Shown: positions 48,013 through 57,039, counted from the stretch's first letter. The stretch: DNA of 64,000 nucleotides from Pseudomonadota bacterium (GCA_023388335.1 JAEWGL010000213.1:14186-78185); one strand, 5' to 3'. Numbers and translations are program-made. The notes: generated by a model not told the origin, from the sequence alone.

Positions 48013-49005
48013 ATGGCGCGGGGCGGGATCAACAAGGTAGTGGTGCAGAAAGCCCGCCAGGCGCTACTGGCGCGTGGCGAGCACCCCAGCATTGATGCAG
48101 TACGTATCGAGCTGGGTAATACCGGCTCCAAGACCACCATTCACCGCTACCTCAAGGAGTTGGAAAGCCTGCAACCTTCAACCCCGCTCACGGCGCCTAA
48201 CCTCAGCGCCCAGTTGGGCAGCCTGGTGGAGCAGTTGGCTACTCAGCTTGAGGAAGAAGGGCAAGCGCGCATCGATGCCGCTGAAGGGGCGTTCAACCAA
48301 GCGCGTGATCAGTTGCAGACGCAGCTGGACCTGGCCCAACAGGCGCTGGCGGCCGCGCATCTGCAATTGGAAAGCCAGGCCAAGGCCTTGGCCGCCGAAT
48401 CCGCGGAACTGGCGAGCAGCCGTAGCGCGCTACAGGCCGAGCAACAGCGCAGCGCCAGCCTTAACCAGTCCCTGGGCGAACTGCAGCTGCGCCTGGCCGA
48501 CAAGGGTGAGCAGGTGCGTTCCCTTGAAGAGAAGCATCAGCATGCCCGCGATGCCCTTGAGCACTACCGCAGCGCCAGCCGCGACCAGCGCGAACAGGAT
48601 CAGCGACGGCATGAGGCGCAGGTTCAGCAATTGCAGGTCGAGCAGCGACAGCTGCAGCAGGGGCTGATCGTCAAGCAGGACGAGCTGACCCGGTTGCACA
48701 GGGATAATGAGCGCCTGGTGGTGGAAGCCCGGCAGCGCGACCGTGAGATACGCCAGCGGCAGGCCTATCTCGAACAGCGTGATGAAGAAATTCAGAGCCT
48801 CACCACCGCCTTGGCCCAATTGCAGGGCGCGCGGGATGAGCTGCTGCGTCAATTGGGTGAGTCGCGCGCGCAACAGGAGGCGCAACGCCGACTTGCCGAG
48901 AACGATCAGCTGCGGCTGGAGCAGTTGCATGCCGAGTTGCACGCCTGCGCCGAGGCGCTGCGCGAGTCTCAGGAGCGACCGGTGGAGGATGCGACGGGGA
49001 AATAA
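48013..49005 (+). CDS. KfrA_N-type DNA-binding protein with long Q/E/L/R-rich coiled coil
   Basis: GGGAG RBS then ATG at 48013. MARGGINKVVVQKARQALLARGEHPSIDAVRIELGNTGSKTTIHRYLKELE is the KfrA N-terminal DNA-binding motif. The remaining ~270 aa is heptad-like. Confidence 0.7.
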   Translation: MARGGINKVVVQKARQALLARGEHPSIDAVRIELGNTGSKTTIHRYLKELESLQPSTPLTAPNLSAQLGSLVEQLATQLEEEGQARIDAAEGAFNQARDQLQTQLDLAQQALAAAHLQLESQAKALAAESAELASSRSALQAEQQRSASLNQSLGELQLRLADKGEQVRSLEEKHQHARDALEHYRSASRDQREQDQRRHEAQVQQLQVEQRQLQQGLIVKQDELTRLHRDNERLVVEARQRDREIRQRQAYLEQRDEEIQSLTTALAQLQGARDELLRQLGESRAQQEAQRRLAENDQLRLEQLHAELHACAEALRESQERPVEDATGK

Positions 49006-49095
49006 ATAAAACTCTGACGCTTTGCTGCTTTCTCCTAATAAGGATCAGCCGATCCACCCGCATGCGGGCGGCGACTCATTCAGCGAGGAGACAGC

Positions 49096-49323
49096 ATGCA
49101 ACAGACACTAGGCGAGCCCAAGCGGGCCACCGCAACCGACCGAGGGATTTTCATGCACGAACCCGACACCAAGCGCCATCCAAGCGAAGGCCCGCATTCT
49201 TCCGACAAGGCTACCAAAGGTGATGACCTTGACTTCGATCCGGATTCGCCGGATCTGGAGGACCCGCAGGTGGATCCCGTAGGCCCGGCCAAGGCGCCAT
49301 TGGATGACGACACCAAGCCGTGA
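49096..49323 (+). CDS. hypothetical acidic, Asp/Pro-rich small protein (75 aa)
   Basis: GAGGAGA RBS. Sequence ...KGDDLDFDPDSPDLEDPQVDPVGPAKAPLDDDTKP. A hairpin follows. Confidence 0.55.
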   Translation: MQQTLGEPKRATATDRGIFMHEPDTKRHPSEGPHSSDKATKGDDLDFDPDSPDLEDPQVDPVGPAKAPLDDDTKP

Positions 49324-49330
49324 AACGACA

Positions 49331-49353
49331 AGGCCCCGCTGATGCGGGGCCTT
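49331..49353. terminator. hairpin between convergent genes (probable bidirectional terminator)
   Basis: AAGGCCCCGC-TGAT-GCGGGGCCTT. Confidence 0.55.
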
Positions 49354-49359
49354 GTGGCC

Positions 49360-49611
49360 TCAGCCTTCGAGCTTTTTCGCTTCCTCAACGCCCGATGCTG
49401 ACAACTTGATGGGGTAGTTAATGCTGATCTCATGGTCGGCGCTTACGCTGACGCTACCGTCATGGATCAGGCCATGATCCTGCAGGGTCTTGAGCATGCC
49501 GGCGACAACTTTCTCGCCCCGGTAATTGTCCAATACTTCCTTGCCAAGCCCTTGGGGATGGGCATGCAAGAGGCGGGTTAGGACTTCCTTTTGCAGTGCA
49601 TCGTTACTCAT
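49360..49611 (-). CDS. hypothetical protein (83 aa)
   Basis: An ORF 30 nt downstream of the DUF4142 gene on the same strand. I recognise no family. Confidence 0.45.
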   Translation of the reverse strand: MSNDALQKEVLTRLLHAHPQGLGKEVLDNYRGEKVVAGMLKTLQDHGLIHDGSVSVSADHEISINYPIKLSASGVEEAKKLEG

Positions 49612-49641
49612 GAACGGGCCTCGCTGTTTGTACGGCGGTGA

Positions 49642-50142
49642 TCACTTGCCATGTGTGGCCTGAAGCTGCTTGGCCTCTTCCAGGTGGTGCTCGAGTTTAG
49701 GCAGGGTCTCGCTGGCAAAAGCCTTGAGTTCAGGCTTGTCGGAGGAAGTGGACTCTTTCTTGAACAACTCCACCGCCTTTTCGTGGGCATCGACTTGGTT
49801 GTTGATATAGGACTTGTCAAAGGACTCTTCGCGCCATTCCAGGATCACTTTCTTGACCTTGTCGGTCAGCGCCGCCTCATCAGGAGGAGTAATGTCCAGG
49901 TTGCGGGCGATATCGCCTAGTTTCTGGTTGGCCTGGGTGTGGTCGGTCACCATCTGCTGGGCAAATTTCTTGATTTCCGCATTCTGGCTCTTCTCGAGTG
50001 CCAGGTTACCCGTGACCACTTCGGCGATGCCGGATTCGGTTGCCGCTTCGACAAAATCATCGGAAGTTGCCGCCATCGCGTGGATCGAGCCGATACCCAG
50101 CACGAAAGACAGGCCAAGCTGCTTGAGGAACAGGTTGCTCAT
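49642..50142 (-). CDS. DUF4142 family (ferritin-like four-helix) periplasmic protein
   Basis: AAGGAG RBS and a signal peptide. Repeated motif ...FAQQMVTDHTQANQKL... / ...YINNQVDAHEKAVELF.... Confidence 0.8.
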   Translation of the reverse strand: MSNLFLKQLGLSFVLGIGSIHAMAATSDDFVEAATESGIAEVVTGNLALEKSQNAEIKKFAQQMVTDHTQANQKLGDIARNLDITPPDEAALTDKVKKVILEWREESFDKSYINNQVDAHEKAVELFKKESTSSDKPELKAFASETLPKLEHHLEEAKQLQATHGK

Positions 50143-50307
50143 GGCGTACTCCTTTTAATGGCGCGACCTCAGTGTCGCGTATGGTTGAGCGCTGAAACCC
50201 TGCAAAGGTTTGATTTATTTTCCGTGCGGGAGTGCCAAAGGCATTCCTGTGGAACGATGACCCTCATCGACGCTCACAGCCTTATGGATTGATCAAGGAG
50301 AGCGAGC

Positions 50308-50550
50308 ATGAACATCGAACGCAGCATTCCTGAGCTCGAAGCCTGGTATGCCCAATATGACGACGAGAGCTACCGGCGCGAATCGCCGGATGCCTACAGC
50401 AACGGGCTGCGCCACACGGCTGACGCCCTGCTCAAGGACGGCGCGATCGACCTGGACGACTGGCAGAAGCTCACAGACCTTGTCGATGATGCGGAGCGTC
50501 GCGGGCTGGGCGATGCCGTGGAGGCCCAGGTCGATGATCCCACTACCTGA
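50308..50550 (+). CDS. hypothetical acidic protein (80 aa)
   Basis: AAGGAGA RBS. It ends 12 nt upstream of xthA. Confidence 0.5.
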   Translation: MNIERSIPELEAWYAQYDDESYRRESPDAYSNGLRHTADALLKDGAIDLDDWQKLTDLVDDAERRGLGDAVEAQVDDPTT

Positions 50551-50562
50551 AGTGACAGTCCG

Positions 50563-51357
50563 ATGAAAGCCTTGAAAATCGCCACTTTCAACATCAACGG
50601 TATCCGCAGCCGCCTGGCCGGGCTGCTCGACTGGCTGTCACGCGAGCAGCCCGACATCGTCTGCCTGCAGGAGCTCAAGGCGCCTGACAAGGATTTCCCC
50701 CGTCAGGCCATCGAAGAGGCCGGCTATGGCTGCCTGTACCACGGCCAGGTGTCATGGAACGGCGTGGCCATTCTGGCCAAGGACAGTGAACCACTGGAAA
50801 TTCGACGCGGCTTGCCAGGAATGGAAGAGGACACCCAGAGCCGCTACCTGGAAGCCGCCGCCCACGGACTGCATATCGCCTGCCTGTACCTGCCAAACGG
50901 CAACCCGCAACCGGGTCCCAAATTCGAGTACAAGCTACGCTGGTTCGACTGCCTCATCGCCCATGCACAGAGCCTGCAGCAAAGCGATCATCCGGTGATC
51001 ATGGCCGGTGATTTCAACGTGGTACCGACGGACCTGGATATTTATGACACCCGTTCCTGGCTCAAGGATGCCCTGCTGCAGCCCGAATCCCGGGCCTGCT
51101 ATCAGCGCCTGCTGGACCAGGGCTGGGTGGATGCGATCCGCCACCTGCATCCCGAGGAACGCGTCTATACCTTCTGGGACTACTTTCGCAACCACTGGCA
51201 GCGCAACGCCGGGCTGCGCATCGATCATCTGCTGCTCAACCCAGCGTCGGCACCGTACCTCAAACGCGCTGGGGTGGATGCCTGGGTCCGCAACGAGCCA
51301 CATGCCAGCGATCATGCGCCGGTATGGATCGAGCTGGGCACGCGCAAGCGTCGCTGA
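50563..51357 (+). CDS. xthA: exodeoxyribonuclease III
   Basis: 264-aa ORF MKALKIATFNINGIRSRL...DIVCLQELK...SDHAPVWIEL. Confidence 0.93.
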   Translation: MKALKIATFNINGIRSRLAGLLDWLSREQPDIVCLQELKAPDKDFPRQAIEEAGYGCLYHGQVSWNGVAILAKDSEPLEIRRGLPGMEEDTQSRYLEAAAHGLHIACLYLPNGNPQPGPKFEYKLRWFDCLIAHAQSLQQSDHPVIMAGDFNVVPTDLDIYDTRSWLKDALLQPESRACYQRLLDQGWVDAIRHLHPEERVYTFWDYFRNHWQRNAGLRIDHLLLNPASAPYLKRAGVDAWVRNEPHASDHAPVWIELGTRKRR

Positions 51358-51438
51358 GTACAGGACCCACCGGGCCCTCAAGGACCTGGCCGGAGCAGAC
51401 CTCGCGGAGCAAGCGGTTGCAGCCAGCCCTGGTGTTTT

Positions 51439-52152
51439 TCAGTCTCCAACCCCGGCCACAGGCTGCAGTTGCCAACGTACGGCACTGACGCCTTTCTCCA
51501 GGCTGACCCGGCTGACCAGGCGCTCGAGTTGGCCGGGCGCATCGGGTGTACCGAGCAGCTCGGCCCGTACTTCCAGGCGTACAGGGTCGGGCAGATCCTC
51601 GCTGTGCAGCGACTGCAGGCGCAAGGCGGGGTCGGTGAGACTGTGCAGCATCAAGCTGCGCACCTGGATCTCTTCTTCGGCGCGGCAGGTGATGCGCACC
51701 TCGAAGCGTTGCTCGACCTCGGTAGCCGGTACCACCTGCTGCTGGTCCAGGCGCTGGGCGATGTCGCGTAGCAGAATGTTGGCGCACAGCACCACCAGGC
51801 TGCCCAGCGTGGCCTCGAGCAACAGGCCCAGGCTGCACAACACGCCGATGGCGGCGGTACACCATAGGGTCGCCGCGGTGTTGAGGCCGCGAACATTGAA
51901 GCCGTCACGCATGATCACGCCACCGCCCAAAAAACCGATGCCCGAGACGACATAGGCGGCAATGCGTGAAGCATCGGAGGGCTCCATGCCCGGTACTGCC
52001 TGGGTCATGAGCACGAACAGACAGGCGCCGGTGCTGACCAGCGCATTGGTGCGCAGGCCGGTCAGGCGTTGACGCAATTGGCGCTCGGCGCCGATCAGGG
52101 CGCCCAGCGCCAGGGCGATGCTGACACGCAGCAGAAACACTTTCCAATCCAT
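51439..52152 (-). CDS. mgtC: MgtC/SapB family membrane protein
   Basis: ATG at 52152 gives MDWKVFLLRVSIALALGALIGAERQLRQRLTGLRTNALV, the canonical MgtC N-terminus. A C-terminal ACT-like soluble domain is present. Confidence 0.85.
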   Translation of the reverse strand: MDWKVFLLRVSIALALGALIGAERQLRQRLTGLRTNALVSTGACLFVLMTQAVPGMEPSDASRIAAYVVSGIGFLGGGVIMRDGFNVRGLNTAATLWCTAAIGVLCSLGLLLEATLGSLVVLCANILLRDIAQRLDQQQVVPATEVEQRFEVRITCRAEEEIQVRSLMLHSLTDPALRLQSLHSEDLPDPVRLEVRAELLGTPDAPGQLERLVSRVSLEKGVSAVRWQLQPVAGVGD

Positions 52153-52575
52153 AGCAAACCTCTTCCACGGGCCATGGACCCGTACGAGCGCGCCGGAGGA
52201 CGGCGCGGTGGTCAAAAAACGTGAGTGCGCAGGACCACGCGGTCGCTCGCCTGTAGCGGGCAAGACACCGGGAAGAGAGGGAGGCACGAGCTGTTAAAAG
52301 CTGGGATGACCACCGTCTACCGAAGGCGGCGAGACAGTGGCAGGAAGACTGCCGGACTAGCTCGCCGTGTGGACCTGTCGCAATCGACTGGGGCTACTGT
52401 CCAATGCAGGACTCCTGTTCAGGCATGCAGAAATGCGTCGCGGAAAGTAACCTTGCGAGCCGCAAGGGTCAAGGGTGAAAACATGACAATTGGCGTCTGA
52501 ATGATGGCGTTTTCATGAAAAGACGGTGGCCAGGTGGTAGGCTTGCCACCTCCCGCAACCCCCCGGATTTGCTAC

Positions 52576-53037
52576 ATGCTCTTCAATCTTGCCGTGATGA
52601 TCGGCACCCTTGTGGCCATGGAAGGTGTCGGCACGCTGGCTCACAAGTACATCATGCATGGCTGGGGCTGGTGGCTGCATCGCTCGCACCACGAGCCGCA
52701 TCTTGGCATGCTCGAGACCAATGACCTGTATCTGGCGGCCCTCGCGCTGATCGCCTCGTCGCTGGTGGCGCTGGGCAAGGCCGGTTATGCGCCGCTGCAA
52801 TGGATTGGCGCGGGAGTGGCCAGTTACGGGACGCTCTATGTACTGGCCCATGACTGCTTCTTTCACCGCCATTGGCCGCGGATGCCGCATCCGCGCAGCC
52901 GGTACCTCAAGCGGCTGCACCGCGCCCATCGGCTGCACCACGTCATCAAAGGCCGCAACAGCGTGTCGTTCGGGTTTTTCTATGCGCCGCCGCTGCATGT
53001 GCTCAAACGCCAGTTGCGTGCGCGCAAGCGGGGCTGA
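52576..53037 (+). CDS. beta-carotene hydroxylase (CrtZ)-like fatty-acid-hydroxylase superfamily protein
   Basis: ATG at 52576. Histidine boxes AHKYIMHGWGWWLHRSHHEP and HRAHRLHH. About 150 aa with 4 TM, like CrtZ. Confidence 0.7.
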   Translation: MLFNLAVMIGTLVAMEGVGTLAHKYIMHGWGWWLHRSHHEPHLGMLETNDLYLAALALIASSLVALGKAGYAPLQWIGAGVASYGTLYVLAHDCFFHRHWPRMPHPRSRYLKRLHRAHRLHHVIKGRNSVSFGFFYAPPLHVLKRQLRARKRG

Positions 53038-53043
53038 ACGTGC

Positions 53044-53943
53044 TCAGCGTGCCGCCTCGCGCTCGGTGGCGGGGGCGGCCGCCGCGTGGCCACGGCTGAC
53101 GAGCCAGCCAAAAGCGGCCGCCGTAAAGAACATGATCAGGCTGTAGATCGCCGCGGGCACGGCCATGGTCGCGTTGTTCAACAGGCTCGGACTCAGGGCC
53201 AAGGCAATCGCCAGGGTCCCATTGTGAATGCCGATCTCCATGCCGATGGCAATGGCCTGGCGCTTTGGGATGTGCAGCAAGCGTGGCACGAAATAGCCAA
53301 CGCTGAGGCTGAGCAGGTTGAACAGCAGGGCCGCCACGCCCACCAGCGGCGCGTACTCGACCACGGTCGCCCAATCCTTGACCAGCGCCAGGACGATGGT
53401 GAAGGCCAGGAACAAGGCCGCCACCCCTTTCATCGGCCGCTCCATGCGCGCAGCAAAGGCAGGCGCATAGCGGCGGATCAGCATGCCCAGGCCCACCGGT
53501 AGCAAGACAATGGCGAACACCTGCAGGACCTTGGCGAATTGCAGCGGGATGGCCTGGTCCGACTCCATGAACCAGGCCAGCGACAGGTTGACCAGTAGCG
53601 GCATGGTGAGGATGGCGATCAACGAGTTGACCGCGGTCAGGGTGATATTCAGTGCCACGTCACCGTGGGCCAGGTGGCTGAACAGGTTGGCTGTGGTGCC
53701 GCCAGGGGATGCGGCCAGCAGCATCAGACCGACCGCCAGAGCCGGTGCCAGGCCAAAGCCGTTGGCGATCAGGAAACAGATGAAGGGCAGCAGCAGGATC
53801 TGGCAGGCCAGGCCGATCAGCACCGGCTTGGGGTACTTCACCACGCGGGCGAAGTCGGCCAGGGTTAGCGACAGCCCGAGGCCCAGCATGATGATGCCCA
53901 GAGCGATGGGCAGGAACGCGGTGAGCAGGGGAGAGGCGGTCAT
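53044..53943 (-). CDS. bile acid:sodium symporter (BASS) family transporter
   Basis: ATG at 53943 (MTASPLLTAFLPIALGIIMLGLGLSL...). ASPGGTTANLF motif. Confidence 0.85.
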   Translation of the reverse strand: MTASPLLTAFLPIALGIIMLGLGLSLTLADFARVVKYPKPVLIGLACQILLLPFICFLIANGFGLAPALAVGLMLLAASPGGTTANLFSHLAHGDVALNITLTAVNSLIAILTMPLLVNLSLAWFMESDQAIPLQFAKVLQVFAIVLLPVGLGMLIRRYAPAFAARMERPMKGVAALFLAFTIVLALVKDWATVVEYAPLVGVAALLFNLLSLSVGYFVPRLLHIPKRQAIAIGMEIGIHNGTLAIALALSPSLLNNATMAVPAAIYSLIMFFTAAAFGWLVSRGHAAAAPATEREAAR

Positions 53944-54244
53944 GGGCAATCTCGCGCAAGAGGATCCCAGCGAGTGTAGCTGCAAGTTCAAGGCTGCAAG
54001 CTGCAAGCGCAGCGCCATGCCCACAAGCACCGCAAACCACTTGTGGCTTACGCCTTGAAGCTTGCCGCTGCGGTAGATCGCGGTTTTTTCCAGGGACATG
54101 CCCCGTCATGCCGCTCCATGATACGGGGCACCGCGTTCTGCCATGTGGTCCCATCAGTTCTAACATCCCGAAACAGAATCGCCCGCCGGCGCGCGGCAGG
54201 ACAGCTAGCCTGAAAAGTTTCCAGATTGTTTTGGGAGCTTTCCT

Positions 54245-55153
54245 ATGTACGGACGTCGCGATGTCCTACGCGCCAGTGCGGCATTGGGCCTGCTAGCCGC
54301 CAGTCCGCTGTTGCGCGCCGAATCCCCTTCCGGCCTGCTGACCCGGAAGATCCCTTCGACCGGGGAGCTATTGCCCGTCATCGGTGCCGGCACTTCCGGC
54401 AGCTTCGAGGTCGAGCCCGGCTCACCCCAATACGAGCAGCTCAAGGCGGTGCTCAAGGCATTCTTCCAAGGCGGCGGCAAGGTCATCGATACCTCGCCCA
54501 ATTATGGCGGCGCCGATGCCATTCTCGGCCAGTTGCTGGAGGAGGGCGGCTGGCACCGGCGATGCTTCATTGCCACCAAGATCGCTGCCGACAGCCATGA
54601 AGCTGCTGTTTCTCAGTGGGCCAGAAGTCTCAAGAGCCTGCGCACCGACAAGGTCGATCTGCTGCAGATCCACAACCTGCGTGATTGGCAGCGCCAGTTG
54701 CCTTATGCCCACGAGTTGAAGCAGCAAGGCAAGACCCGCTACGTCGGCATTACCCATTACCTGGCCAGCGGTCAGGACGCCGTGGCTCAGATCCTGCGCA
54801 AGCATCCGCTGGATTTCATCCAGATCAACTATTCGGTGAATGCTCCAGAGGCCGCCCGTGAGCTGCTGCCGCTGGCGGCGGACAAAGGCGTGGCGGTGCT
54901 GATCAATCGCGCCTTCGACGACGGTCGCCTGTTTGCCAAGGTCAAGGACCAGGCCCTGCCCGCGTGGGCGGCGGAGGCGGGGATCGGCAGTTGGGCACAA
55001 CTGTTTCTCAAGTTCGCCATCAGTCATCCTGCCGTGACTGCGGTGATCCCCGCCACCGGCCGTCCGGACCGGCAGCTCGACCAGCTCAAGGCAGGCAGCG
55101 GTCCCTTGCTCAGCGATGCGCAGCAGCAAGCGCTGATCAAGCAGTTCGCCTAA
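54245..55153 (+). CDS. aldo/keto reductase with Tat-type signal peptide
   Basis: MYGRRDVLRASAALGLLAASPLLRAE (twin-Arg signal) followed by an AKR fold (VIDTSPNYGGA, DLLQIHN). Confidence 0.85.
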   Translation: MYGRRDVLRASAALGLLAASPLLRAESPSGLLTRKIPSTGELLPVIGAGTSGSFEVEPGSPQYEQLKAVLKAFFQGGGKVIDTSPNYGGADAILGQLLEEGGWHRRCFIATKIAADSHEAAVSQWARSLKSLRTDKVDLLQIHNLRDWQRQLPYAHELKQQGKTRYVGITHYLASGQDAVAQILRKHPLDFIQINYSVNAPEAARELLPLAADKGVAVLINRAFDDGRLFAKVKDQALPAWAAEAGIGSWAQLFLKFAISHPAVTAVIPATGRPDRQLDQLKAGSGPLLSDAQQQALIKQFA

Positions 55154-55157
55154 GCCC

Positions 55158-56456
55158 ATGCGCAATTGGAAGGCACGACTGGGCAAAGGCTTCACGCTGC
55201 AGCCAGGAGAATGGCCGCCCGTGCTCGCCGGTCTGGCGCTGTTCTACCTGCTGTTCACCGGCTACTTCATGCTGCGTCCGGTGCGCGAGACCATGGGCGT
55301 GGCAGGGGGCGTGGACAACCTGCAGTGGCTGTTCACCGGCACCTTCATTGTCACCCTGGTGTGCCTGCCACTGTTCGGCTGGCTGGCCTCGCGGGTCCAG
55401 CGGCGGCGCATCCTGCCTTGGACCTACGGTTTCTTCGCCAGCAACTTGCTGGTTTTTGCCGGGCTTTTCGCCCAGGATCCGGATGACGTCTGGAATGCGC
55501 GGGCCTTCTACATCTGGCTATCGGTTTTCAACCTGCTGACTATCTCGCTGGCCTGGAGCGTGCTGGCCGATCTGTTCTCCAGCGAACAGGGCAAGCGCCT
55601 GTTCGGGCTGATGGCCGCCGGGGCCAGCCTGGGCGGGCTGAGCGGACCTATCCTCGGCGCCGTGCTCGTCGCCCCGCTCGGCCATGTCGGCTTGCTGATA
55701 CTGGCTAGCCTGCTCCTGCTGGCCAGCATCGGCGCGACCCTGTACCTGCACCGCTGGCGTGATCGTCATCCACTGCCGGCGCACACCGCGCATCCCGATT
55801 CCCGCCCGCTGGGCGGCAATCCTTTCGCGGGTGCCACGGCGGTGTTGCGTTCGCCGTACCTGCTGGGCATTGCCCTGTTCGTGGTGCTGCTAGCCAGCGT
55901 TAGCACCTTCTTGTACTTCGAGCAGGCACGGATCGTCAGCGAGACCTTTACCGACCGCACCCGGCAGACCCAGGTGTTCGGTCTGATCGACGCTGTAGTC
56001 CAGGCGTTGGCGATCCTCACCCAAGTGTTCATTACCGGACGCCTGGCACGGCGCCTGGGGGTCGGCGTATTGCTCGTGGCCGTGCCGCTGTTGATGACGG
56101 TAGGCTTTCTGTGGCTGGCCCTGGCGCCGGTGTTCGCGGTGTTTGTGGTGGTCATGGTGGTGCGCCGGGCTGGCGAATACGCGCTGGTTCGCCCGGGACG
56201 GGAGATGCTTTTTACTGTTCTGCCACCCGATGAGAAGTACAAGGCCAAGAACTTCATCGACACCGTGGTCTATCGCGGCGGTGATGCCCTGAGTGGCTGG
56301 GTCAAGCGCGCCTTGGACCTGATGGGTGATCATCCACAGTTGGCAATGGTGATCGGCGCAGGGATCGCGGTGGGCTGGGGTGTGACCGGCGGCTGGCTCG
56401 GTCGCCGGCAAGCACGATTGGAAACGCGCGACGCCGACACCGGATCACTTGGTTAA
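55158..56456 (+). CDS. MFS-type transporter (Npt1/TLC-like N-terminus)
   Basis: 432-aa, ~12-TM ORF. The N-terminal FYLLFTGYFMLRPVRETMG resembles NTP/NDP-exchanger-like MFS proteins. The substrate is unknown. Confidence 0.65.
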   Translation: MRNWKARLGKGFTLQPGEWPPVLAGLALFYLLFTGYFMLRPVRETMGVAGGVDNLQWLFTGTFIVTLVCLPLFGWLASRVQRRRILPWTYGFFASNLLVFAGLFAQDPDDVWNARAFYIWLSVFNLLTISLAWSVLADLFSSEQGKRLFGLMAAGASLGGLSGPILGAVLVAPLGHVGLLILASLLLLASIGATLYLHRWRDRHPLPAHTAHPDSRPLGGNPFAGATAVLRSPYLLGIALFVVLLASVSTFLYFEQARIVSETFTDRTRQTQVFGLIDAVVQALAILTQVFITGRLARRLGVGVLLVAVPLLMTVGFLWLALAPVFAVFVVVMVVRRAGEYALVRPGREMLFTVLPPDEKYKAKNFIDTVVYRGGDALSGWVKRALDLMGDHPQLAMVIGAGIAVGWGVTGGWLGRRQARLETRDADTGSLG

Positions 56457-56476
56457 TTGGGGCGCCAAAGATAGTT

Positions 56477-56524
56477 TTCGCTTTATTTAATGCCGTCGGT
56501 CCGACCGCTTGGAAATAAAGCGAA
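56477..56524. repeat. perfect 12-bp AT-rich inverted repeat with nested hairpin
   Basis: TTCGCTTTATTT (56477..56488) and AAATAAAGCGAA (56513..56524). The 24-nt spacer contains GTCGG-T-CCGAC. Confidence 0.6.
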
Positions 56525-56603
56525 TCACGGCCGCCGCGGGGTACTCCCAACCTATGAGCATGGCCCCGTCATGCGTTTGCGTAACGACTTGAGGTGAATG
56601 ATC

Positions 56604-56777
56604 ATGGCTAACAAACAGACCGGCAGCCAGGGCGGAAAGGAAAACTCTGGCAACTTCGCCAACGATCGGGAAAAAGCAGCCGAAGCAGGCCGTAAAGGCG
56701 GACAGCAATCCGGCAGCGGCAAGGCGGGTGGCATGGCGCCCGATAAAGATTCTGGCCGCAAAGGCGGCCGCTCTTAA
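56604..56777 (+). CDS. KGG-repeat general stress protein (YciG-like)
   Basis: Not in the ORF track (57 aa). GAGGTG RBS. Translation MANKQTGSQGGKENSGNFANDREKAAEAGRKGGQQSGSGKAGGMAPDKDSGRKGGRS, with repeated (R)KGG motifs. Confidence 0.7.
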   Translation: MANKQTGSQGGKENSGNFANDREKAAEAGRKGGQQSGSGKAGGMAPDKDSGRKGGRS

Positions 56778-56847
56778 GTGACGGCTGCGCGGTGCCAGGT
56801 TGCAGGATCCTGGCGCCGCGATCAGGCCGATTGATCGGAGAACTCCT

Positions 56848-57039
56848 ATGCGAATAGCCCCACTGCTAGGCCTGTTGGGCAGTCTCTTGCTGCTCAACGG
56901 CTGCTTCGACCGCGACGACCACCCGGCCAAGGATGCCGACCCCAGCAAACCTTCCTTGCAGATGCAGAAACCTGATGCGTCGACCACCTCTGGCGCCCCT
57001 GCGCAACAGCCGTTGCCATCGCCTGAAAAGGACAACTGA
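56848..57039 (+). CDS. small lipoprotein (63 aa)
   Basis: GGAGAA RBS then ATG at 56848. The lipobox is in MRIAPLLGLLGSLLLLNGC. The mature part is Pro/Asp/Ser-rich. Confidence 0.55.
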   Translation: MRIAPLLGLLGSLLLLNGCFDRDDHPAKDADPSKPSLQMQKPDASTTSGAPAQQPLPSPEKDN

